Shown here: piece by piece, positions 8,852 to 18,851 of the stretch
Position numbering within the stretch: position 1 is the stretch's first letter
Layout: the number at the start of each line of letters is the position of its first letter
Assembly: GCA_030141605.1 (NCBI GenBank)
Contig: JAQGDQ010000235.1
Coordinates: forward strand, 320,811-345,321
Length of the DNA stretch: 24,511 nucleotides
From: Tubiluchus corallicola
Lineage: Eukaryota; Animalia; Priapulida
Direction: 5' to 3'
The notes under the pieces: model-generated
The model's database searches: none
Seen by the model: the letters and a program-made list of their open reading frames with translations, nothing else
What the model was told of the DNA's origin: nothing
Made by a program: the position numbers and the translations under genes

Positions 8852-11800
8852 ATCTAGAGTTGAACATTCTGTGGGACAACATCTTTACTCTTACGCTAAA
8901 CTTTTCAGTGAGAGTTAATCTACAGTTGAACATTCTGTAGGACAACATCTTTACTCTTACGCTAAACTTTTCAGTGAGTGTTAATCTAGAGTTGAACATT
9001 CTGTGGGACAACATCTTTACTCTTACGTTAAACTTTTCAGTGAGAGTTAATCTACAGTTGGACATTCTGTGGGACAACATCTTTACTCTTACGCTAAACT
9101 TTTCAGTGAGAGTTAATCTACAGTTGAACATTCTGTGGGACAACATCTTTACTCTTACGCTAAACTTTTCAGTGATAGTTAATCTACAGTTGAACATTCT
9201 GTGGGACAACATCTTTACTCTTACGTTAAACTTTTCAGTGAGAGTTAATCTACAGTTGGACATTCTGTGGGACAACATCTTTACTCTTACGCTAAACTTT
9301 TCAGTGAGAGTTAATCTACAGTTGAACATTCTGTGGGACAACATCTTTACTCTTACGCTAAACTTTTCAGTGAGAGTTAATCTACAGTTGAACATTCTGT
9401 GGGACAACATCTTTACTCTTACGTTAAACTTTTCAGTGAGAGTTAATCTACAGTTGAATGTTCTGTGTGACAGCATTCATCTTACGTTAAACTTTCCAGT
9501 GAGAGTTAGTTCATTGTTGAACATTCTGTGGGATAGCATCTTTACTCTTACGTTAAACTTTTCAGTGAGAGTTAATCTACAGTTGAACATTCTGTGGGAC
9601 AACATCTTTACTCTTACGTTAAACTTTTCAGTGAGAGTTAATCTACAGTTGAACGTTCTGTGGGACAACATCTTTACTCTTACGCTAAACTTTTCAGTGA
9701 GAGTTAATCTACAGTTGAACGTTCTGTGGGACAACATCTTTACTCTTACGTTAAACTTTTCAGTGAGAGTTAATCTACAGTTGAACGTTCTGTGGGATAG
9801 CATCTTTACTCTTACTTTAAACTTTCCAGTGAGAGTTAATCTACTGTTGAACATTCTGTGGGATAGCATCTTTACTCTTACGTTAAACTTTTCAGTGAGA
9901 GTTAATCTACAGTTGAACATTCTGTGGGACAACATCTTTACTCTTACGTTAAACTTTTCAGTGAGAGTTAATCTAGAGTTGAACATTCTGTGGGACAACA
10001 TCTTTACTCTTAAGTTAAACTTTTCAGTGAGAGTTAATCTACAGTTGAACGTTCTGTGGGACAACATCTTTACTCTTACGTTAAACTTTCCAGTGAGAGT
10101 TAATCTACTGTTGAACATTCTGTGGGATAGCATCTTTACTCTTACGTTAAACTTTTCAGTGAGAGTTAATCTAGAGTTTAACATTCTGTGGGATAGCATC
10201 TTTACTCTTACGTTAAACTTTTCAGTGAGAGTTAATCTACAGTTGAACATTCTGTGGGACAACATCTTTACTCTTACGTTAAACTTTTCAGTGAGAGTTA
10301 ATCTAATGTTGAACATTCTGTGGGACAACATCTTTACTCTTACGTTAAACTTTTCAGTGAGAGTTAATCTACAGTTGAACATTCTGTGGGATAGCATCTT
10401 TACTCTTACATTAAACTTTTCAGTGAGAGTCAATCTACAGTTGAACATTCTGTGGGACAACATTTTTACTCTTACGTTAAACTTTTCAGTGAGAGTTAAT
10501 CTACAGTTGAACATTCTGTGGGACAACATCTTTCACTCTTACGTTAAACTTTTCAGTGAGAGTTAATCTACAGTTGAACATTCTGTGGGACAACATCTTT
10601 ACTCTTAAGTTAAACTTTTCAGTGAGAGTTAATCTACAGTTGAACATTCTGTGAGACAACATCTTTACTCTTAAGTTAAACTTTTCAGTGAGAGTTAATC
10701 TACAGTTGAACATTCTGTGGGACAACATCTTTACTCTTACGTTAAACTTTTCAGTGCGAGTTAATCTACAGTTGAACATTCTGTGGGATAGCATCTTTAC
10801 TCTTACATTAAACTTTTCAGTGAGAGTTAATCTACAGTTGAACATTCTGTGGGACAACATCTTTACTCTTACGTTAAACTTTTCAGTGAGAGTTAATCTA
10901 GAGTTGAACATTCTGTGGGACAACATCTTTACTCATACGTTAAACTTTTCAGTGAGAGTTAATCTACAGTTGAACGTTCTGTGGGAAAACATCTTTACTC
11001 TTACGTTTAACTTTTCAGTGAGAGTTAATTTACAGTTGAACATTCTGTGGGATAGCATCTTTACTCTTACATTAAAGTTTTCAGTGAGAGTTAATCTACA
11101 GTTGAACATTCTGTGGGACAACATCTTTACTCTTACGTTAAACTTTTCAGTGAGAGTTAATCTACAGTTGAACATTCTGTGGGACAACATCTTTACTCTT
11201 ACGTTAAACTTTTCAGTGAGAGTTAATCTACAGTTGAACATTCTGTGAGACAACATCTTTACTCTTACGTTAAACTTTTCAGTGAGAGTTAATCTACAGT
11301 TGAACATTCTGTGGGACAACATCTTTACTCTTATGTTAAACTTTTCAGTGAGAGTTAATCTACTGTTGAACATTCTGTGGGACAACATCTTTACTCTTAG
11401 GTTAAACTTTTCAGTGAGAGTTAATCTACAGTTGAACATTCTGTGGGATAGCATCTTTACTCTTACATTAAACTTTTCAGTGAGAGTTAATCTACAGTTG
11501 AACATTCTGTGGGACAACATCTTTACTCTTACGTTAAACTTTTCAGTGAGAGTTAATCTACAGTTGAATATTCTGTGGGACAACATCTTTACTCTTACGT
11601 TAAACTTTTCAGTGAGAGTTAATCTACAGTTGAACATTCTGTGAGACAACATCTTTACACTTACGTTAAACTTTTCAGTGAGAGTTAATCTACAGTTGAA
11701 CATTCTGTGGGACAACATCTTTACTCTTACGTTAAACTTTTCAGTGAGAGTTAATCTACAGTTGAACATTCTGTGGGATAGCATCTTTACTCTTACGTTA

Positions 11801-13602
11801 AACTTTTCAGTGAGAGTTAATCTACAGTTGAACATTCTGTGGGACAACTTCTTTACTCTTACATTAAACTTTTCAGTGAGAGTTAATCTACAGTTGAACA
11901 TTCTGTGGGACAACATCTTTGCTCTTACGTTAAACTTTTCAGTGAGAGTTAATCTACTGTTGAACATTCTGTGGGACAACATCTTTACTCTTACGCTAAA
12001 CTTTTCAGTGAGAGTTAATCTAGAGTTGAACATTCTGTGGGATAGCATCTTTACTCTTACATTAAACTTTTCAGTGAGAGTTAATCTACAGTTGAACATT
12101 CTGTGGGATAGCATCTTTACTCTTACGTTAAACTTTTCAGTGAGAGTTAATCTACTGTTGAACATTCTGTGGGATAGCATCTCTACTCTTACGTTAAACT
12201 TTTCAGTGAGAGTTAATCTACAGTTGAACATTCTGTGGAACAACATCTTTACTCTTACGTTAAACTTTTCAGTGAGAGTTAATCTACAGTTGAACATTCT
12301 GTGGGACAACATATTTACTCTTACGTTAAACTTTTCAGCGAGAGTTAATCTACTGTTGAACATTCTGTGGGACAACATATTTACTCTTACGTTAAACTTT
12401 TCAGTGAGAGTTAATCTAGAGTTGAACATTCTGAGGGATGGCATCTTTACTCTTACATTAAACTTTTCAGTGAGAGTTAATCTACAGTTGAACATTCTGT
12501 GGGACAACATCTTTACTCTTACGTTAAACTTTTCAGTGAGAGTTAATCTACAGTTGAACATTCTGTAGGACAACATCTTTACTCTTACTTTAAACTTTTC
12601 AGTGAGAGTTAATCTACAGTTGAACATTCTGTGGGACAACATCTTTACTCTTACGTTAAACTTTTCAGTGAGAGTTAATCTACTGTTGAACATTCTGTGG
12701 GACAACATCTTTACTCTTACGTTAAACTTTTCAGTGAGAGTTAATCTACAGTTGAACATTCTGTGGGACAACATCTTTACTCTTACGTTAAACTTTTCAG
12801 TGAGAGTTAATCTACAGTTGAACATTCTGTGGGATAGCATCTTTACTCTTACGTTAAACTTTTCAGTGAGAGTTAATCTACTGTTGAACATTCTGTGGGA
12901 CAACATCTTTACTCTTACGTTAAACTTTTAAGTGAGAGTTAATCTACAGTTGAACATTCTGTGGGACAACATCTTCGCTCTTACGTTAAACTTTTCAGTG
13001 AGAGTTAATCTACAGTTGAACATTCTGTGGGACAACATCTTTACTCTTACGTTAAACTTTTCAGTGAGAGTTAATCTACAGTTGAACATTCTGTGGGATA
13101 GCATCTTTACTCTTACGATAAACTTTTCAGTGAGAGTTAATCTACAGTTGAACATTCTGTGGGACAACATCTTTACTCTTACGTTAAACTTTTCAGTGAG
13201 AGTTAATCTACAGTTGAACATTCTGTGGGACAACATCTTCGCTCTTACGTTAAACTTTTCAGTGAGAGTTAATCTACTGTTGAACATTCTGTGGGACAAC
13301 ATCTTTACTCTTACGTTAAACTTTTAAGTGAGAGTTAATCTACAGTTGAACATTCTGTGGGACAACATCTTCGCTCTTACGTTAAACTTTTCAGTGAGAG
13401 TTAATCTACAGTTGAACATTCTGTGGGACAACATCTTTACTCTTACGTTAAACTTTTCAGTGAGAGTTAATCTACTGTTGAACATTCTGTGGGACAACAT
13501 CTTCGCTCTTATGTTAAACTTTTCAGTGAGAGTTAATCTAGAGTTGAACATTCTGTGGGGTAACATCTTTGCTCTTCATTAACTTTTCAGTGGGAGTAAA
13601 TC
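8852..13602. repeat. 66-bp satellite/minisatellite array, about 72 copies
   Basis: Consensus TCTACAGTTGAACATTCTGTGGGACAACATCTTTACTCTTACGTTAAACTTTTCAGTGAGAGTTAA. Most units differ by only a few substitutions. There is a 3-bp deletion near 9477 and a 1-bp insertion near 10534, and the last unit is degenerate. Confidence 0.99.
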
Positions 13603-13931
13603 GTGAGGTAAACATCCTCTCGACTTTTCTCGCGTCGACACTTTTAATCACTCAGTTGTAAATGCGATAATTACGTAATTGCACGCGTAAGTGTTAAAAT
13701 ATGCCTTCTGAGCAGCTGCAGTCACCTTGAATGACACGAAGCAGTCGTACTGATGAAGCTAAGTACGCGTTCTCGCTATGTGAGATTGTCACGAATGTAC
13801 TGAGGCAGAACGCATGCGCAGTTTTAAGGGTTTTGTAGCACATGCGCAATTTATTTTTAACAACGTACAAAGGGGTACATTTCTAGCTGCTTCTTCCTCC
13901 TTGGCCCAAAAGTGTGAATTACGTAACACTA

Positions 13932-14365
13932 GTCTAAATTTCAAGATTACTTTTAACCATTTATTGTTTAAATTTCAAGATTATTTTTAACCATTTATTG
14001 TCTAAATTTCAAGATAACTTTTAACCATTTATTGTTGAAATTTCAAGATTATTTTTAACCATTTATTGTTTAAATTTTAAGATTATTTTTAACCATTTAT
14101 TGCCTAAATTTCAAGATTACTTTTAACCATTTATTGTTTAAATTTCAAGATTATTTTTAACCATTTATTGTCTAAATTTCAAGATTATTTTTAACCATTT
14201 ATTGCCTAAAATTCAAGATTATTTTTAACCATTTATTGTCTAAATTTCAAGATTATTTTTAAAAAATTTATTGTCTAAATTTCAAGATTATTTTTAACCA
14301 TTTATTGTTTAAATTTCAAGATTATTTTTAAACATTTATTGTCTAAATTTAAAGATTATTTTTAA
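13932..14365. repeat. 34-bp AT-rich tandem repeat, about 12.8 copies
   Basis: Unit GT(C/T)TAAATTTCAAGATTATTTTTAACCATTTATT starts at 13932, 13966, 14000 and so on to 14341. Confidence 0.97.
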
Positions 14366-14435
14366 TGATGCAGTGAAATTGCAAGTACATAACTTTAAAC
14401 CAAACTTGTCCAAAAGAAAGAATTGGGAAAAAAAT

Positions 14436-14508
14436 TGACTAAGCCTGGAATTGAACCAAGACTTTTCAATTATAAATCGAACGCCATAGCCCTTACGCAT
14501 AGCAACGC
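14436..14508 (-). pseudogene. Degenerate tRNA-like sequence (tRNA pseudogene or SINE head)
   Basis: The minus strand has a T-arm CTTGG-TTCAATT-CCAGG containing B-box GGTTCAATTCC, an anticodon-like arm TTCGA-TTTATAA-TTGAA, an A-box-like GCGTAAGGG and a downstream T-run (14428-14434). The acceptor stem pairs poorly. Confidence 0.5.
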
Positions 14509-15270
14509 AAATGTTACCAAGAGAAAGCTGATCAATGATTCCGACGCAGGATTGCTCTACCGTCCAGACCCTCTGTTTGCCTTTAGATTTACTAAGCTGT
14601 ATGCATATAATAAAAAATTACATGTTTAATTTAATTTAATTCAAATTTAAATATTTAGCTTTAATTTTCATGTATCACTTATGAAGAGCATTAAAAACTA
14701 GTTAAGTGGAAGAAAGCGAATTTGCAAAGTATATCACATTCCGTACAAGGATTTGTTACTTACAATTACGTTTACCCTTTTGAAAGACTTATATAAATGG
14801 GAAATAAAATTCTTAATTATTTATAAACGTTCGCGCCACCTGGTAAAAACAGCACTGCATCACTATCCCAGTGTGCACCACTGGCTCACAAACAAACACA
14901 TTATTGATCTCATTGACAATATATAGCAATTTATACTTTTGCTAGTGAAGAGTACCCCACGAAAGCTGTGATTATTTTTTTTCAAACTTCACACAAACTT
15001 TACTAAAACTTGTTTCAAATGACTTACAATTTAAAATGTCTGCGTCCAACGGTCATTGCGGGAGTTTAAATTTACATGTTTTATACAGCATTACTGCTAA
15101 CGCAAGCTCTGTATGCAGTAAGGCAGCATGTAAGTGACATGAAATTTCAAAAAGAATTTTCAAGCATTATTTGTAAAGAATGTTGTCTTTATGCTTTAAG
15201 TGCTTTTACTGTTTCAATGTGACCATTATGCCCAAGTTCGGGATGCTTTTGTGTGTTTTTATGTACATAG

Positions 15271-15711
15271 TATTGTATGTTGTTTTGTGTTTTGTGTTGT
15301 ATTGTATTGTATTGTATTGTGTTGTGTTGTGTCGTGTTGTGTCGTGTCGTGTCGCATCGTATCGTATCGTATCGCGTCGCGTCGCGTCGTATCGTATCGT
15401 ATCGTACTGTATTGCATTGCATTGCATTGCATTGCATTGCATTGTATTGTACTACATTACACTACGTTACATTATATATATTGTATTGTATTGCATTAAA
15501 TTGCATTACGTTACATTATATGTATTGTATTGCATTGCATTGCATTGCATTGCATTGCATTGCATTGCATTGCATTGCATTGCATTGCATTGCATTGCAT
15601 TGCATTGCATTGCATTGCATTGCATTGCATTGCATTGCATTGCATTGCATTGCATTGCATTGCATTGTATTGCATTGCATTGCATTGCATTGTATTGTAT
15701 TGCATTGTATT
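15271..15711. repeat. Compound pentanucleotide microsatellite ending in (ATTGC)n
   Basis: Successive blocks of ATTGT, GTTGT, GTCGT, ATCGT, GTCGC and ATCGT, then ATTGC (a pure run of about 27 units from approx. 15529). Confidence 0.97.
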
Positions 15712-16048
15712 ATCAATAAACTTACAGACATCATCCTACTGCTAAACATGATACAAATTTCTTAACAAAGTCGGTCTAGGAAAGGAAGCATCAGAGATAT
15801 TCTTGAAAAGACCTTGGAATTCAGTATTTTCTAAACAAATCGAGCGTTTAGTCAATTAGTCGAAAGTTAAACGTGACAACACTCAGCGTATGGTCGTACA
15901 AGCACCTAGCAAAAGATCTAGTTAACGTCATTGACTAGTTAGCTGCGTGTTTAATCAAGTTTTATTTCACACATTCATGATTACAACCTACTCATGCTTT
16001 AATTTGAACGTGACTGTGATTGTCTTGTTATGTTGTATTTTCTTTTGA

Positions 16049-16102
16049 AGCAAAACCGGATCCAATCTTAAACTGTAAGTCAAAACAGTCTACTCTTTAA
16101 AA
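16049..16102 (-). mobile_element. Terminal fragment of the Kolobok-like element (inverted)
   Basis: AGCAAAACCGGATCCAATCTTAAACTGTAAGTCAAAACAGTCTACTCTTTAAAA is the near-exact reverse complement of the 3' ends at approx. 2379-2432 and 20564-20617. Confidence 0.85.
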
Positions 16103-16378
16103 CTAGCAAGGCGTTTTGTCACAAACTTGATTTACAACAATGAAACAATGTTTATATTACTATACTGGTAGTAGTAGAAATTCAAAACAATAAAAGATAA
16201 ACTACAAACACACAATGCACTATGACAAAACTACACACTACACTCAATCTTTTAAGAGAAGGTCAACCCTTCTGGGAAGTTAGGCTCTTATTTCAATGTT
16301 CGCGAGAAATTCTAGAAAGATTTAGTAATAAAAGTGTGATGAATATTAATTGGCAATTATGAGTTGCCTAGTGTAGCC

Positions 16379-16498
16379 AACTAGGGCCAAATCACGTTGA
16401 AAACACCGGTTCTCGTCTGATCACCAAAGTTAAGTAACGTAGAGCCTGGTTAGTACATGAATGAGTGACCGCCTAGGAATACCAGGTGCTGTAGGCTT
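16379..16498 (+). pseudogene. 5S rRNA-like head of SINE copy 1
   Basis: Reads ...GGCCAAATCACGTTGAAAACACCGGTTCTCGTCTGATCACCAAAGTTAAGTAACGTAGAGCCTGGTTAGTACATGAATGAGTGACCGCCTAGGAATACCAGGTGCTGTAGGCTT, a metazoan-type 5S rRNA sequence. The C-box region is mutated and there is no oligo-T terminator. Confidence 0.93.
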
Positions 16499-16962
16499 GC
16501 GGGATACCCACACTGTATCTCGACACTAGGCGGAGGAGCTGTACAAGCAGCCAACGGCTAGAGGGCGGAGGAGGTCAAGTGACCCAACGGCCATGTGTAG
16601 AGGAGTAAACCTTCCAAATCAGGAGTGGAGCCCCGAAGGTGGACCAGTGCAGCATGCTCACTGACTCCGGCAGCTCCTGCAGCCAACCTGGTACCGAACG
16701 TATCGCTCCGCTTTCCTTTGGACTACACCAGGGAGGAAGAGAAGGGGTTCCTGCTATCTGGACAACTCAGGATCTCCATACACCTTGCCCAGGCGTGCGC
16801 CCTGGAGAGGCCATTCCAGTGGTTCAAGGATCGCACTGCTCAGCCACAGTCGACGCTGCAGCTCCATCAATGTGATCAAAAACTGACTCTCTTGGTGCAC
16901 ACTCCCTTCCGAGACACATTGCCTTCCGAGAGAGAAGGTTGCCAAGAACAACAACAACAACA
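16379..16962 (+). mobile_element. 5S rRNA-derived SINE (SINE3 type), apparently full-length, about 584 bp
   Basis: A 120-nt 5S-like head joins directly to a GC-rich body shared with the copy at 18487-18851. There is no TTTT in the element. A stem-loop CCTTC-CGAGAGA-GAAGG precedes the (CAA)n tail at approx. 16947-16962. Confidence 0.85.
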
Positions 16963-17382
16963 TAATTAGTAAGTCTAAAGTGTCGATCACATCTCGGCGC
17001 ACACATTGTGAAGACCCGTTTTTCCGCAAATGACGTCATTCGTCGAAGAAAAGTAGTGCGCTGTCAATTTCACTCAAAAGTGTAATAAGTTTTTTTTTCA
17101 AAAATTAGAGAGCGAATTTTGTGATATTTTTGCATAAACATCAGGTAAGCTGCAAAAGTGTGAATTACTTTTAAGCAACGTAGCCTGCCTGAAGGCCACG
17201 ATGCGTTTATGAAAAGTTACGAAGTTCACCAGTTACGTCATAATTTTCAAGTGAATGGCGGCTACATCTACGCCTGAAAAATTCTTTTCTCCGATAGTAT
17301 TAATTAATTTTATACTTTATACACACTTTTTTGCAAATTTCTTTGTTGTATTTTTATATTCTAAGTTCAGGTGACAGGAACA

Positions 17383-17556
17383 ACTTGTTTTACCTGGACT
17401 TTACTTGATTATACGTTTGTCTGTTCTTAGAGTGATTTACTAGCAGGATCTTGCTTGGGAACAAGAAAAATGAACTAGGTAAGATTCTAGCTAGTTGTTA
17501 AAACTGTTACTATTACAATAACGTGGGCTGCGAGGCGTTGTCAAGTGTACACAAAT
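17383..17556 (-). mobile_element. Internal fragment of the 400-bp MITE (copy C)
   Basis: Colinear with approx. 23525-23694, for example CTAGCAGGATCTTGCTTGGGAACAAGAAAAA...GGGCTGCGAGGCGTTGTCAAGTGTACACAAAT. Confidence 0.85.
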
Positions 17557-18139
17557 TCACTGAGGGAGGACGGATGAGACACCTGTACTAGTCTCGCTTT
17601 AGATAAATATTCTTGATTTTTAGATGAGTTCCGATCCCGCCTCAACTGTTCGATCTTATTGCAGTTGGGTATTGGGTACAGGTCTACAAGGCTTCATTGT
17701 TCTCGACTTCGTATTTTTCTCTGCAAATAAGACTGCCATAATTCTACCTCACTGCATTAATACTTTACAGCTTACTCAACTTTTGTATTATTATAACTCT
17801 TCATTTTGACATACAAACATACACATACATATACATGCATGTATATATATCTACTACTAACTCATAAGCTTTTAAACTCAAGTTATTTTAACTCAATACC
17901 TTGTTAAAACGTAAACTGTTTACGTCACTAAGGAAAGAAGCCAAGTCATTTCATCTGGTACAAATCTACTAGCAAACAGGTGTACAGCATGGTACGTGAA
18001 GGAGTCATAGCGCATCATTCTCACAAACCTATCGGCATAGAAATCCATTAAGCTGTCCAAATCATTGTTGATGGGATTTTAGTGTAAAAATAAATGCGAT
18101 ACTAAAATAGCATAAGAGGTCGTTTAAATATTCATGTTT

Positions 18140-18345
18140 AGAAAGAAACAGGAGACGTACAAGCTGTGCAAGAAAGAGTACAAGACCTGTACAAGACGTT
18201 CAAGACGTACAAGACCTGTACAAGACGTACAAGACGTACAAGACGTACAAGACCTGTACAAGACGTACAAGACGTACAAGACGTACAAGACGTACAAGAC
18301 GTACAAGACGTGTACAAGACGTACAAGAAAGAAACAGGTGACGTA
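18140..18345. repeat. 9-bp minisatellite (CAAGACGTA)n between 20-bp direct repeats
   Basis: GTACAAGAC units with 11-bp CCTGTACAAGA variants. Flanked by AGAAAGAAACAGG(A/T)GACGTA at 18140-18159 and 18326-18345. Confidence 0.93.
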
Positions 18346-18486
18346 AGTGGTTCAAACAAACAAAAATTGTTGAAAACCTCTATTAAAATACTTTCCTTTT
18401 ACAAGGGCTGCATTACAAAATAGGCTAATACAGGCTGCAAGCTAGGGCCAATTCAATCTTTGGTAACATTCGATAAAAAATCTGTT

Positions 18487-18851
18487 TTCTCTTCCTCCCT
18501 GGTGTAGTCCAAAGGAAAGCGGAGAGATACGTTTGGCATCAGGTTGGCTGCAGGAGCTGCCGGAGTCAGTGAGCATGCTGCTCTGGTCCGCCTTCGGGGC
18601 TCCAATCCTGACTTGGAAGGTTTACTCCTCTACACATGGCCGTTAGGTCACTTGACCTCCTCCGCCATCTACCCGTTGGCTGCTTGTGCAGCTCCTCCGC
18701 CTAGTGTCGAGATACAGCGTAGGCATCCCGCAAACCTGCAGCACCTGGTATTCCTAGGCGGTCACCCATCCAAGTACTATCCAGGCTCTACGTTGCTTAA
18801 CTTCTGTGATCAGACGAGAACCGGTGTTTTCAACGTGATTTGGCCGTAGTC
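18487..18851 (-). mobile_element. 5S rRNA-derived SINE, copy 2 (lacks about 220 bp at the 3' end and the tail)
   Basis: The reverse complement aligns without gaps to 16379-16743 over 365 bp, with about 26 mismatches by manual count (about 93% identity). Confidence 0.9.
18732..18851 (-). pseudogene. 5S rRNA-like head of SINE copy 2
   Basis: Reverse complement GACTACGGCCAAATCACGTTGAAAACACCGGTTCTCGTCTGATCACAGAAGTTAAGCAACGTAGAGCCTGGATAGTACTTGGATGGGTGACCGCCTAGGAATACCAGGTGCTGCAGGTTT. The A-box (AGTTAAGC) and C-box (GGATGGGTGACC) look intact. Confidence 0.93.

Noticed and set aside
8850-13582. Long ORFs (up to 657 aa) as repeat-protein genes, or the array as a CRISPR
   Set aside because: The ORFs arise because the unit is 66 bp (22 codons) and lacks stops in one frame per strand. 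They are broken by scattered stops and a frameshift and have no unique termini. There are no unique spacers and no cas genes, and the context is eukaryotic.
13745-13810. CTGATGA as a hammerhead ribozyme core
   Set aside because: No stem II followed by GAAA and no cleavage-site helix could be built.
15180-15765. Cys-rich ORFs (CIALH)n / (MQCNA)n; similarly ORFs at 7881-8345, 18124-18423 and 21455-21976
   Set aside because: They are translations of micro- or minisatellites.
16625-17039. Overlapping ORFs of 71-114 aa (also 18544-18849)
   Set aside because: These are chance ORFs in the GC-rich SINE body with no recognisable domain.
16379-18851. Functional 5S rRNA genes
   Set aside because: Neither copy has an oligo-T terminator, the two heads differ at about 11/120 positions, and they are inverted rather than tandem. 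Both are fused to the same body, which ends in a (CAA)n tail in copy 1.
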